35,195 nucleotides of DNA from a bacterium (GCA_043778525.1 JAYWGA010000013.1:1-35195); one strand, 5' to 3'. Positions 9,083-18,770 are shown, numbered from the stretch's first letter. Made by a program: numbers and translations. The notes: generated by a model not told the origin, from the sequence alone.

Positions 9083-11242
9083 ATGAAGAAAGAAATGAAT
9101 CTAGAGCTTTTGAACACTAGTTATGAAGCTAAAAACTTTGAAGAAAAAATCTATGAAAGATGGGAGGCTTCGGGATATTTTAATCCTGATATATGCGTAG
9201 AAAAAGGAATAACAAAGCCAGATGCTGAAGTGTTTTCTATCATAATGCCGCCGCCAAATGCAAATGGCAGACTACATGCTGGGCACGCTCTATTTGTGAC
9301 CATACAAGATATTATGACCAGATACAATAGAATGCAAGGCAAGCGCACGCTGTGGGTACCAGGCTCAGATCACGCTGGCTTTGAGACACAGACAGTATAT
9401 GAAAAAATACTCGAAAAAGAAGGTCGAAGTCGTTTTGGTATGGACAGAGACGATCTATATAAAGAGATATATGACTTTACAATAAACAGTAAAGCTGTAA
9501 TGGAAAACGACATACGCCGCCTCGGTGCTAGCTGTGACTGGTCTCGAAATAAATTTACACTAGACCCGAGTATCGTATCAGAAGTGCAAAACACTTTTAA
9601 AAAAATGTATAGTGACGGACTGATATATAGAGGCAAGAGAAATATAAACTGGTGTAGCAAACATCAGACGGGCTTATCTGATGTAGAAACAGAAAATAAA
9701 GAGGAAAACGCCAAACTATATTATTTTAAATATGGACCTTTCGAAATAGCCACTGCCCGCCCTGAGACCAAATTTGGTGATAAATATGTAGTAATGCATC
9801 CAGATGATGCGAGATACGCGCAGTACAATCATGGAGATAAACTAAAAGTAGAATGGATAGATGGTGAAATAGAAGCCACAATAATAAAAGACGATGTGAT
9901 AGACATGGACTTTGGTACTGGAGTGATGACTATCACGCCATGGCATTCGCAGATAGACTTTGAAATAGCTCAAAGGCATAACTTAGACTATGAGCAAATA
10001 ATAGATCTCAATGGAAAGCTGCTACCTATAGCCGGTGAATTTACCGGTATAAAAATAAAAGAAGCGCGCGAGAAAATAGTAGATAAACTGCGTGAGAAGG
10101 GACTAGTGACCAAAATAGAAGAAGATTATAAACATAATACTAAAGTCTGCTACAAATGTAATACAATAATAGAGCCCCAAGTAAATAATCAATGGTTTGT
10201 AAAGATGCAGCCACTGGCAGCTATGGCCCTCAAGGCAGTGCGCGATGAAAAGCTTATAAAGTTTTTCCCGGAAAATTATGAAAAAATATTTACCTATTGG
10301 ATGGAAAATACTATCGACTGGAATATATCTAGGCAAATAGTCTGGGGTATAAAAATACCTGCGCAAATATGTACGTCTTGCAATCTCGGATTTATAGATA
10401 AAAATACAAATGACAAGTGCAGTTGTGGTGGAGATTTAAAAGAAGAGACGGATACTTTTGATACTTGGTTTTCTAGTGGACAGTGGACACTACTCGCTCT
10501 CGGATATCCAAATGAAAAAGACCTAATATATCATCCGACCACAGTGATGGAGACCGGTACCGATCTTATTTTTAAATGGATACCACGTATGGTAATTTTT
10601 GGACTATACTTAAGAAAAGAAATAGCATTTAAATACGTGTACATGCATGGACTGGTAAATGACTCTAAAGGACAAAAGATGAGCAAGAGTAAAGGAAATG
10701 TAGTAGTGCCGATAGACCTAGTAGAAAAGTACAACTGTGATGCACTGCGCATGGGTCTAGTAGTCGGCTCACCCGCGGGGTCAAACAGCTCACTCTCGGA
10801 GGATAAAATAAAAGGTTATAAGCATTTTGGAAATAAAATATGGAATGTAGCTAGATTTATGGCTATGCAAAATGTTTTTGATCTTGAGGATATAGAAAAT
10901 GTAGAATACACAGCTGAAGATAAAATACTATTTGAGGAATTGCAAGCCTTGCAAAAAGATGTGACCAAAGACATAGAAGAGTTTCGTATACACCTTGCTC
11001 CAGAAAAGCTCTATGCCTACTTTTGGAAAAGATTTGCTGATGAGATAGTCGAGGAAAGTAAAAAAGTGTTGCTAGATGAAAGCTCAAGTGTGAAAATAAA
11101 AAACTCCAAAAAGAAAATACTAAAAACAGTGCTAGAGACTAATCTCAAAATGCTACACCCCTTTATGCCATTTATCACCGAGGCTATATGGACAGATGTA
11201 CTTGGTAAAGGTGAAATGCTAATCGTAGAAAAGTGGAATTAA
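9083..11242 (+). CDS. valS: Valine--tRNA ligase (compact, no long C-terminal coiled coil)
   Basis: 719 aa. Contains PPPNANGRLHAGHAL (HIGH region in ValRS-type PPPN context), the WCSKHQTGLSDVE editing/CP1 region and KMSKSKGN. Confidence 0.88.
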   Translation: MKKEMNLELLNTSYEAKNFEEKIYERWEASGYFNPDICVEKGITKPDAEVFSIIMPPPNANGRLHAGHALFVTIQDIMTRYNRMQGKRTLWVPGSDHAGFETQTVYEKILEKEGRSRFGMDRDDLYKEIYDFTINSKAVMENDIRRLGASCDWSRNKFTLDPSIVSEVQNTFKKMYSDGLIYRGKRNINWCSKHQTGLSDVETENKEENAKLYYFKYGPFEIATARPETKFGDKYVVMHPDDARYAQYNHGDKLKVEWIDGEIEATIIKDDVIDMDFGTGVMTITPWHSQIDFEIAQRHNLDYEQIIDLNGKLLPIAGEFTGIKIKEAREKIVDKLREKGLVTKIEEDYKHNTKVCYKCNTIIEPQVNNQWFVKMQPLAAMALKAVRDEKLIKFFPENYEKIFTYWMENTIDWNISRQIVWGIKIPAQICTSCNLGFIDKNTNDKCSCGGDLKEETDTFDTWFSSGQWTLLALGYPNEKDLIYHPTTVMETGTDLIFKWIPRMVIFGLYLRKEIAFKYVYMHGLVNDSKGQKMSKSKGNVVVPIDLVEKYNCDALRMGLVVGSPAGSNSSLSEDKIKGYKHFGNKIWNVARFMAMQNVFDLEDIENVEYTAEDKILFEELQALQKDVTKDIEEFRIHLAPEKLYAYFWKRFADEIVEESKKVLLDESSSVKIKNSKKKILKTVLETNLKMLHPFMPFITEAIWTDVLGKGEMLIVEKWN

Positions 11243-11353
11243 CCAATACTTAAACTACAATAAACTCTCCTAAATAATAATCCCCAAAAATGACAGTGAA
11301 ACGCTTGATTATATTTACAAAATATATGATACTTTAAGTATAAATAAAAACTT

Positions 11354-11818
11354 ATGAATATATTTTCAAGATTTGGAAACGGAGAGAGACAAGAAGACGA
11401 AGACTTTGAGCAAGACTATGCCGAAGAGACTTTGGTAAAAGTAAAAACTGGTAAAAAATATCGCGAAGAAAATGAGGAAATGGAAGTGGGTGAGCTGTCG
11501 GTAGATGTATACGAAACTGGCAAAGAAATAATAATAGAGTCCATGATAGCTGGAGTAAAACCAGAAGATCTACAAATATCGACTACCCACAGTAGTATCA
11601 CTATATCTGGCAAAAGAGAGGCAAATAACCACATCAAAGAAGATCAATATCTAGTACAAGAGCTATACTGGGGATCCTTCTCACGTACTGTGGACTTGCC
11701 TGCTGACATAGCAGTGGACGAAGCTGAAGCTGTAGAAAAACATGGACTACTCATAATACGCCTACCAAAAATAGATAAAGATAGAAATATTAAAGTGCGT
11801 GTAAAAAGTCTTCAGTAA
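11354..11818 (+). CDS. Hsp20/alpha-crystallin small heat-shock protein
   Basis: 154 aa. The alpha-crystallin domain is readable: LSVDVYETGKEIIIESMIAGVKPEDLQI...ISGKRE...GSFSRTVDLP..V..EAEAVEKHGLLIIRLPK. Confidence 0.88.
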   Translation: MNIFSRFGNGERQEDEDFEQDYAEETLVKVKTGKKYREENEEMEVGELSVDVYETGKEIIIESMIAGVKPEDLQISTTHSSITISGKREANNHIKEDQYLVQELYWGSFSRTVDLPADIAVDEAEAVEKHGLLIIRLPKIDKDRNIKVRVKSLQ

Positions 11819-11834
11819 AATAAGATTAAATATT

Positions 11835-12317
11835 TTAATTCATCCAAGAACTAGGAAATAACATTGGTAGTGTTTGTTTCAAAAAATTATAGCTAGTGCT
11901 AGCATTGTAAAAGCTATTATTGTTTGGATAGTTATTTTGATTTGGTAGATAATTTGTATTTTGGTTTATATTTCTCATATAGTTCTGATAGCTTTGTTCT
12001 GCATTAAAAGTATAAGCTGGAAGCTGAGGCATTTGAAAACCTTGGAGAGTGTTTTCACCAGACACTACAGTTAGAGGTGACACAAAATGCGGCTGAAAAA
12101 AGTCTTTCATAAAAAATACAAAATTATTTGATGCACTATTTATTGTATTTGTTGAATTTGTATTTTTAAAATTATTTACACTACCCGTACTATTTATAGT
12201 ATTTTTTACACCATCAAAACTAAAGTTATTTTTAAAGTAACTGTAGGCAAGTATAAAAAAGTACATAGCTATGATAGCCAGTATTATATTTAGAAACCAT
12301 TTTAATATAGTAAACAT
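11835..12317 (-). CDS. Hypothetical membrane-anchored Asn/Tyr/Phe-rich protein
   Basis: 160-aa ORF with an N-terminal TM helix (ILKWFLNIILAIIAMYFFILAY) followed by N-rich low-complexity sequence. No recognisable family. Confidence 0.45.
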   Translation of the reverse strand: MFTILKWFLNIILAIIAMYFFILAYSYFKNNFSFDGVKNTINSTGSVNNFKNTNSTNTINSASNNFVFFMKDFFQPHFVSPLTVVSGENTLQGFQMPQLPAYTFNAEQSYQNYMRNINQNTNYLPNQNNYPNNNSFYNASTSYNFLKQTLPMLFPSSWMN

Positions 12318-12351
12318 AAAGATTTAATTATTATATTTTAAGTATACAATA

Positions 12352-13725
12352 TTATATACTTTTGTCAATGTTATTTAAAAGTTTATCTTTTATTGCTTTC
12401 CTGACCTCTGCCCTATCATCCCATGGCACTATTTTATCCTTAAACATTATCGACTGCTCTGCCCCTTTGCTTGCAAACAGTATCACATCCCCCTGACTTG
12501 CTAGACTCACTGCTTTTGCTATCGCATCACGTCTGTCTATATATTCAAATACATTTTCGCCAAGCTTCATACCAAAGCCTATCAGCTTTGATACCACATC
12601 GTCATTTATCTTTTGTGGATCTTCGTCAAATGGATCTGAGAGTGTGACTATGGCATAGTCAGCCAGATCATACGCTGCCTTTGACATTGTAGTCCTCTTT
12701 AAAAGATCTCTGCCGCCACCATCTCCACCGTATACTGCTATCAGTTTATTTTCTACCGTCTTTTTAGCACTTTGCGCCGCTTCTAAAGCTAGTCTCATCG
12801 ACACTCCCTCATGAGCATAGTCTACGATAGCAGTAAAATCCTGCCCAACATTTATCATTTCCATACGGCCTGGTATCACGGTACAATTTTTAAGACCTTG
12901 CAAAATATTATCCTCGGACACTTTCAAGTGCTTTGCAAAAAGTACAGCTGGCAAGGCGTTATAAATATTAAACACTCCTATGATAGGTATTTCTAAGTGC
13001 ATATTTTCTAGGTCAAAAGATACGCCGCTAGCATCTTGTTTTATATTATGAGCTCTATGCTCGCCACTATTTAGCCCATAAGTTATTTTTTTATAAGCCG
13101 GAAAGCTTATAAAATACTCAGAATTATCTGTATCTGCATTTGCTATTAGCACTTTTTCTACCTCCTCGTTTTTTTGAGTTATTTTATTGTACCAAGTTTT
13201 TTTAGGCATAAGGGATAGCCTTTTAAATAATTGCCCCTTAGTTTCTTTATACTTTTCAAAACTACCTCCATGAGATTTTAAATGCTCAGGAAATATATTT
13301 GTGTATATCGCTGCATCATAAAATACCCCTATATGACGAGAGTTTTTTATACCTTCTGAGGTAGCTTCTACTAGTGCTATGTCGCAGTCACTATTTACCA
13401 TTTTGCTTAGCATTTTTTGTAGCAAAAATCTCCCAGGCATAGTCATATGATACCAGTTCATCATTTCTTCATCGCCTATTTTTATATTTGCGGTAGTAAT
13501 GAGCCCCACTTTATACCCGCCAGCCGATAGCACATGCCACAGAAAGTTTAGGGTGGAGGTTTTACCTTTTGTACCCGTCACGGTGATGACTAGCATTTTT
13601 TTAGACGGATATCTATAATAAAATGCTGCAAGGTGAGCAAGGGCAAAATGATAGAATAGAAATATTTTTTCTCCAAATATTTTCTTAATAAAATTAGTAG
13701 TATTTATTTTTAAACTTCTAAGCAT
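12352..13725 (-). CDS. murE: Mur ligase, MurE-like (UDP-N-acetylmuramoyl-L-alanyl-D-glutamate--diamino acid ligase)
   Basis: 457 aa. Contains VTGTKGKTST (P-loop), VEATSEG, TNIFPEHLKSHG, VDYAHEG, GGDGGGRDLLKRTTM, LSDPFDEDP and DRRDAI...ASKGAEQ, in the order typical of MurE. Confidence 0.75.
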   Translation of the reverse strand: MLRSLKINTTNFIKKIFGEKIFLFYHFALAHLAAFYYRYPSKKMLVITVTGTKGKTSTLNFLWHVLSAGGYKVGLITTANIKIGDEEMMNWYHMTMPGRFLLQKMLSKMVNSDCDIALVEATSEGIKNSRHIGVFYDAAIYTNIFPEHLKSHGGSFEKYKETKGQLFKRLSLMPKKTWYNKITQKNEEVEKVLIANADTDNSEYFISFPAYKKITYGLNSGEHRAHNIKQDASGVSFDLENMHLEIPIIGVFNIYNALPAVLFAKHLKVSEDNILQGLKNCTVIPGRMEMINVGQDFTAIVDYAHEGVSMRLALEAAQSAKKTVENKLIAVYGGDGGGRDLLKRTTMSKAAYDLADYAIVTLSDPFDEDPQKINDDVVSKLIGFGMKLGENVFEYIDRRDAIAKAVSLASQGDVILFASKGAEQSIMFKDKIVPWDDRAEVRKAIKDKLLNNIDKSI

Positions 13726-13734
13726 GTTATTTTT

Positions 13735-14343
13735 TTAATTATTTTTTTGTAAAATCTTAATAAAAAATGGTAGTGTAATAAAAAAAGAAAATACTATAAA
13801 AGCAAGCAAAGGGAAAGTAATATGACCATATTCAAATATAATCATTTTAGAGCATTCACCGCCCGATACAGGGCAAGGTAAATGCGAATCTTTTGAGAGG
13901 GCCGTAATCTGCAAAACATGATGATACAAAGCTATAATAGCCCCAAGTACAGCAAAGCTTTTAATATATTTTACTACGCTTTTATATTCCACTTCACTCC
14001 TAGTGTACAATGCAGTAGCTGATATGACTACGAGCCCATACATAAAAACTCTTTCAAACCAGCAAAGGGCGCAAGGTATGATACCGAGATATTCCGAATA
14101 AAACAAAGTCATGGCAGCCGAAAATAAAGAAAAAACAAAAACAAACATTAAATATAATTTATCAAAATTGTATCTATGAGCTCTTAAATCTCTCCTAAGA
14201 AATCTATCAGCTTTATTCTTAAAACTATTTGATAAAAAATAGAAAGCAAAAAAACTCAGTAATAATACTAAAATAATTTCTAATAAAAGTGCGAAAGTAG
14301 CAATAATAAAATTTAGATTTACGAGTATAGTTACTTTGTCCAT
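13735..14343 (-). CDS. DsbB/BdbC-family disulfide bond formation protein with an N-terminal extension
   Basis: 202 aa, polytopic membrane protein. CALCWFERVFMY (CxxC...R motif) sits in the first loop, and a second Cys pair (CPVSGGEC) sits in a later loop. Confidence 0.6.
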   Translation of the reverse strand: MDKVTILVNLNFIIATFALLLEIILVLLLSFFAFYFLSNSFKNKADRFLRRDLRAHRYNFDKLYLMFVFVFSLFSAAMTLFYSEYLGIIPCALCWFERVFMYGLVVISATALYTRSEVEYKSVVKYIKSFAVLGAIIALYHHVLQITALSKDSHLPCPVSGGECSKMIIFEYGHITFPLLAFIVFSFFITLPFFIKILQKNN

Positions 14344-14366
14344 ATATTATTAGTTTACCACACATT

Positions 14367-14732
14367 TTAGTCACGCCCAAAAGGGTTTATATTTTTTAAA
14401 ACACTCTTTATTTTTCTAGCAAAGTTTCTATCTTTTACCCTTTTCTTTTCGCCACCTTCTTTTATTTCTCTTTCTATTTTTAATTGTAGCTCATCTATGA
14501 GGCTATATATATTTTCACCATGCACTTCGGCATTGTATCTACGAGATCCCGCTTTTACTACTAAATGTATTTTGTATACATCACCTTTTTTATGATGATT
14601 TGTCGTGCGCTCTAGGACTACATCTAGCCCAGCATCAGCACTTATTAAGTTATATAACTTTTCTAAATTTTGTCTGATTTTAGTATTTATACTGTCAGTA
14701 ATTTCAAAGTTTTTACTTGTTATATTTATCAT
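14367..14732 (-). CDS. hpf: Ribosome hibernation promoting factor / RaiA family
   Basis: Family-typical start MINITSKNFEITDSINTKIRQNLEKL, then ...VYKIHLVVKAGSRRYNAEVHGENIYSLIDEL. I trimmed the track ORF (14367..14825) to the internal ATG because the 5' extension overlaps the upstream HD gene. Confidence 0.78.
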   Translation of the reverse strand: MINITSKNFEITDSINTKIRQNLEKLYNLISADAGLDVVLERTTNHHKKGDVYKIHLVVKAGSRRYNAEVHGENIYSLIDELQLKIEREIKEGGEKKRVKDRNFARKIKSVLKNINPFGRD

Positions 14733-14769
14733 AATTTTAGTATATTCTTCAAAATAAAATCTTGCAAGT

Positions 14770-15372
14770 TTATTTTTTAATATCTTGATTTCTGTATACC
14801 CACCAGCCATCAGTCGGATCTCCAAACCACCATCTATCTGACCTTGTAGTCATTATAACTTCAGCCAAAGATATGCCTTCTTTTGTTTTCAACCTTGCAA
14901 TAGCGCTAGGCAACCATTCTTTAGCTCTTTCATTTCCTATATCCACCTGCTCTTTTAAAGACATGATCCATTCCAAATTATCTGCATCCTTTACTAGTTT
15001 TGAATCTTCAGTTTCTCTACTTTCGTATTCATCTATTAAAGATTTTAAATCTTCTCCAAAAGGAAAACTATCAACTATGTCTGCATGAGCTTTGTCTTCT
15101 AGTCTTGTATTGTATTTTTGATGTACATAGTTTAGATCGGATATCCTAGACTCGGATATATCATGAAAAATTGCCATGGTTGCTACTTTGTATGGATTTT
15201 CTACTTTTGCCATAAGGGCAAGGGTGTATGCTATAGCTGAAGCTCTATGCAAATGCTCTGCCACACTTTGTGATCCGGAACCTAAAAATTGAAAACCACT
15301 CCTAGGTGTATGCTGCAGCATGCCAACTTCATACAAAAAGTCTGTTATTTGATTTAATTCTTTTTCATTCAT
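14770..15372 (-). CDS. HD-domain phosphohydrolase (YfbR-like 5'-deoxynucleotidase family)
   Basis: 200 aa. Contains HTPRSGF...SVAEHLHRASAIAYTLA...FHDISESRISDLNYV and ...KDADNLEW. Confidence 0.72.
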   Translation of the reverse strand: MNEKELNQITDFLYEVGMLQHTPRSGFQFLGSGSQSVAEHLHRASAIAYTLALMAKVENPYKVATMAIFHDISESRISDLNYVHQKYNTRLEDKAHADIVDSFPFGEDLKSLIDEYESRETEDSKLVKDADNLEWIMSLKEQVDIGNERAKEWLPSAIARLKTKEGISLAEVIMTTRSDRWWFGDPTDGWWVYRNQDIKK

Positions 15373-15398
15373 ATAATTAAATTATACCACAATTACAT

Positions 15399-16529
15399 TT
15401 ACAAACTTTCCCAAATTTTTGGATCTTCGTCACCAAGTACCCAAGCTGAAAAGCTTTTTATACCTACATCTTTTATTTGATTATATTTTTTGTCAAAAGA
15501 GGCTTTGTCTTCATACCAAATAGTATAATTTTTACCATTTAAATTATAAGAAAGCCAAGAAATATTTCCATACTTTTCATTTATACCACTACCAGTAGTC
15601 CAATAATTTGCATAGGCTTTTTTGTACCCATCTGCCGAAAGTTTTATAAGCTTTTGCTTTTCTTCTTGAGCTTTCCAAGTATTTACTAGTCCATAATCCA
15701 CCATTTTAAAATGCATCTTCTTGTTTTTAAGCTTTTCACTTCTATATACCCAAGAATATGTCGGTATGCCAAAAGAAACTTTTTCTTTTGATATTTGTGT
15801 GATTGTGTAGTCCATTACTTTTTTAGACCAGTCGAGTGTAGCTACCGGACCCGGACTTTGAGGCTGATCATAGGCCATTACCGATACAAAGTCGAGTATC
15901 TCACCTAGCTTTTTATAATCATACACTGCAGCCCAATTATTCCAATAACTTGCTTTATAATCTTTTGGATTATCAGATATTTTAGAAACGATAGCAGCTG
16001 AGAGCTTTAAATTTACTTTTTCAAAATCTTTTTTAAGATATTCTACAAAAGCTATAAAATTATCTTTTTGTTTTATGTTTATATTTTCGAGGTCAAGCTG
16101 GTATCCGTAATAATTATTTTTAATAGCTTTTTCTTTTAAAAATTTAGACACTTTTTGCCAGTTTTCTGTGTTTTCCAGAAAGTCATTCATTATAGGCTGG
16201 CTAAAGTATTCTCCATTTTTTGTTTTTACTATATTTGCTAGCAGCGGCATTACTTTTATATTTTGCTTTTTCGATTCGGCTAGTATGTCGGCTTTCACCT
16301 CACCTGACACAGCCCCATTAAATGACAAAAAATATACCTGAGAACCCAATATGTCTATTTTTTCAGAATGCTTAAAAAAACTTTCGCGAGATCTCGGGCT
16401 TTCGGTATAATACCAAAGAGCTTCTAATTTTGTACTGCTGGAGTCAGTATTTACATTCTGCGCAAAAGTAATATTTACAAAGCAAGATATTATATAAAAA
16501 ATAAATAATAATTTTAAAAGTTTTTTCAT
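15399..16529 (-). CDS. Secreted glycoside hydrolase family 18-like protein
   Basis: 376 aa. Signal peptide MKKLLKLLFIFYIISCFVNITFA, a catalytic-type segment YGYQLDLENI (D.E), and MAYDQ further on. Confidence 0.65.
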   Translation of the reverse strand: MKKLLKLLFIFYIISCFVNITFAQNVNTDSSSTKLEALWYYTESPRSRESFFKHSEKIDILGSQVYFLSFNGAVSGEVKADILAESKKQNIKVMPLLANIVKTKNGEYFSQPIMNDFLENTENWQKVSKFLKEKAIKNNYYGYQLDLENINIKQKDNFIAFVEYLKKDFEKVNLKLSAAIVSKISDNPKDYKASYWNNWAAVYDYKKLGEILDFVSVMAYDQPQSPGPVATLDWSKKVMDYTITQISKEKVSFGIPTYSWVYRSEKLKNKKMHFKMVDYGLVNTWKAQEEKQKLIKLSADGYKKAYANYWTTGSGINEKYGNISWLSYNLNGKNYTIWYEDKASFDKKYNQIKDVGIKSFSAWVLGDEDPKIWESL

Positions 16530-16532
16530 AAT

Positions 16533-16970
16533 TTATTTAAAAATAGTGGCTGATAAAAATGCACCAAGCCAACAAAAAGTAGAAACGCTGCCTGACAAAA
16601 TCAATTTAAATTTTTGTGATTTTGAAATATCTTTAAATGACTTCTCTGCGGCTATATTCATAAGCTTGCCTATTATTATAGCATTTATAAAAAGGCAAAA
16701 CACAAAAAACATTTTTATTTTAAAATTAAAATCATCTATTTTGTATGGCTTTTGTGCCAAGAGTAGTAAGCCAGTGGCTATCATAGCTAGCAAACCCCAA
16801 AATACAAATTTGTGATATTTATCTAAATCTGTTTGTTTTAAGGTTTCTGACTTTCCGAGTATCCATTTAAATCCCGCGTGATCTGATTTTATAATCCAAT
16901 AAAAGGTAAAAAGTAATACCGAGATATGTAGAGGGGTTAAAGGTAGGCTGTAAAATATTTCTAACATCAA
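16533..16970 (-). CDS. Hypothetical polytopic membrane protein
   Basis: 145-aa ORF with about four hydrophobic helices. It is packed 3 nt from the downstream gene. No family recognised. Confidence 0.45.
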   Translation of the reverse strand: MMLEIFYSLPLTPLHISVLLFTFYWIIKSDHAGFKWILGKSETLKQTDLDKYHKFVFWGLLAMIATGLLLLAQKPYKIDDFNFKIKMFFVFCLFINAIIIGKLMNIAAEKSFKDISKSQKFKLILSGSVSTFCWLGAFLSATIFK

Positions 16971-16990
16971 ACTATTATATAATATTTATT

Positions 16991-18301
16991 TTATTTTTGA
17001 TACTTTTCCAATATCTCTGCGAGGGTTTTTACAAAATAATCTATTTCTTTTTTAGTATTATTTTTTGAAAAGGAAACTCGTATCGTTTCTTTTGCATCAT
17101 TTTCTCTGTCCATTGACTTTAAAAAGTTTGATCCTGAGCCCTCGAGTATACTACAAGCCGAAGCAGTGGATACACAAATACCTTTTGCATCTAGTCGCAG
17201 TAAGCATTCTTCACCAAGCAGATTTGGTGTATGTATGAGCAGTATATGCGGCGCTGCGTTTTCAAAATACTTTTGTGTAATTTGTTTTTTAAATATATTA
17301 AAAAACTTTTGTATATGCGTTCTATTTTTTATTTTTACATCACCCAGTAGCTCTATTTTTATTTTGTTATTTTCCTTTATTGCTTGCTCTATTTTTTCTA
17401 TCGCATATGCCCGTAGCTCGGAGACTATATTTATATTTTCTTGCTTTATTTTTTTGTTTTGTGAGGCTTGCAGTACTTTTAAAAAACTTGAGAGACTCGC
17501 TATGTTTTCTGTGCCAGACCTGATGCCTCCCTCTTGCCCTCCGCCATGTATGAGTGTCTCTAGTTTTATATTTTTCTTTACAAATAACGCGGCTGAGCCT
17601 GCTATACCGCCTAGCTTTCTAGCTCCAAAGCACATGCCATCACAAAGCAGCGCACCCACATCTATGCTTTCGTACTCAGCGGCTTGAGAGGCATCTATGT
17701 ATAGCAAGGGTTTTTCTTGCAATTTATTTTGTGAATTTTCTTTGGCAAAATTTTCTAACACCCTCGCTATTTCTCGTACATTTTGCACTGTGCCTGTTTC
17801 GCTATTTACGCTCGAGAGTGCTACTAGCACTGTATTTTCTTTTATTTCTTTTCTTATATTTTCTACTTCTATTTTTCCTATTTTATTTGGCATTACAAAT
17901 GAGACTTCTGCACCTAAAGTCTGCAAATAGAAAATGGGCTCTAAGATAGCCGAGTGCTCGCACAGACTGGTAATAATGTGAGGTACTTTTACATTTTTTT
18001 CTTTATTTGTATTATTTAAATATTTTAAAACTACACCTTTTATAAAAATATTATTTGCCTCGGTAGAGCTAGACACAAAATGCATTTCATTTTTACGGCA
18101 CCTCACCACCCTCGCAAAATCTTTTCTTATTTGATCTAAGTGCTCCCGTGACTTTTCACCGAGCGTATGCACCGATGACGAGTTTGCAAAAATCTCTTTC
18201 GACACTTTATCAAATTCTAAAAGTGCCTCAGGTAGCACAGGAACAGCTGAAGCTGAGTCTAGATAGTTTTTTTTATTATTTAAAATTTTATTTTTTATCA
18301 C
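16991..18301 (-). CDS. Class V aminotransferase / cysteine desulfurase (NifS/IscS-like)
   Basis: 436 aa. Contains YLDSASAVPVLPEAL, SSVNSETGTVQNV, YIDASQA, a GARKLGG (PLP-Lys region) and STASACS (active-site Cys loop). Confidence 0.82.
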   Translation of the reverse strand: MIKNKILNNKKNYLDSASAVPVLPEALLEFDKVSKEIFANSSSVHTLGEKSREHLDQIRKDFARVVRCRKNEMHFVSSSTEANNIFIKGVVLKYLNNTNKEKNVKVPHIITSLCEHSAILEPIFYLQTLGAEVSFVMPNKIGKIEVENIRKEIKENTVLVALSSVNSETGTVQNVREIARVLENFAKENSQNKLQEKPLLYIDASQAAEYESIDVGALLCDGMCFGARKLGGIAGSAALFVKKNIKLETLIHGGGQEGGIRSGTENIASLSSFLKVLQASQNKKIKQENINIVSELRAYAIEKIEQAIKENNKIKIELLGDVKIKNRTHIQKFFNIFKKQITQKYFENAAPHILLIHTPNLLGEECLLRLDAKGICVSTASACSILEGSGSNFLKSMDRENDAKETIRVSFSKNNTKKEIDYFVKTLAEILEKYQK

Positions 18302-18327
18302 TTTTTTATTTTAAAAAACCTAAAAGA

Positions 18328-18630
18328 TTACTTCATCGCAGCACGCAGCTCGTTTTGATATTTCATCATCACCGACTGCCCTGCTGCCATTTGGCTTTTA
18401 CCTTTTTTCATTTCTTCTTCGGTTTCTTTGGCTATTTTTATCAAGAGCTGTGGATTATTTGCCATAAGTTTGCTAAACATTTGCTTAAACTGCGGTGGCA
18501 CTCCCATTTTTTCTATTTGCTCTTCCATAGCTTTTTTTACTTTTGGATCATTAAAGTCTATCTTTTCCATAGCTTTTTCAGCTACTTTTCTTTTTGTATT
18601 ATTGTAAGCATTTTTTATTGAATTTAACAT
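18328..18630 (-). CDS. Hypothetical small helical, Lys/Glu/Met-rich protein
   Basis: 100-aa ORF directly upstream of the desulfurase on the same strand. A TGTATAAT -10-like element lies upstream at about 18705-18712 (minus strand). Confidence 0.45.
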   Translation of the reverse strand: MLNSIKNAYNNTKRKVAEKAMEKIDFNDPKVKKAMEEQIEKMGVPPQFKQMFSKLMANNPQLLIKIAKETEEEMKKGKSQMAAGQSVMMKYQNELRAAMK

Positions 18631-18715
18631 ATATTTAAATCATATCAAAAAACTGCAAATTAATAAAGTATCGAAAAATTTTGAGTTTGTATTTAATAAC
18701 AAATTATACAGTAGA

Positions 18716-18741
18716 AAGCGCGGCCCTTTGGGGCCGCGCTT
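18716..18741. terminator. GC-clamp hairpin terminator downstream of the 18771..19262 gene
   Basis: AAGCGCGGCCC-TTTG-GGGCCGCGCTT: a perfect 11-bp stem 30 nt after the TGA stop of the minus-strand gene. The T-run (TTTTC) lies only on the plus-strand side, so directionality is ambiguous. Confidence 0.55.
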
Positions 18742-18770
18742 TTCGCACGCTGTATAGCATGCAATTTATT

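Noticed and set aside
11305-11335. hsp20 promoter call (TTGATT ... TATGATACT)
   Set aside because: The -35/-10 spacing is ambiguous (14-19 nt depending on which hexamer is used). It is mentioned only as sharing the TATGATACT 9-mer with the cassette promoters.
14733-14825. 5' extension of the hpf ORF
   Set aside because: It overlaps the 3' end of the HD-domain gene. HPF-family proteins start at MxI..(R/K)N, which matches the internal Met.
17166-18621. Plus-strand ORFs 17166-17687, 17697-17930, 17731-17949 and 18148-18621
   Set aside because: They are antisense shadows of the cysteine desulfurase gene and the 100-aa gene, with low-complexity F/L/S-rich products.
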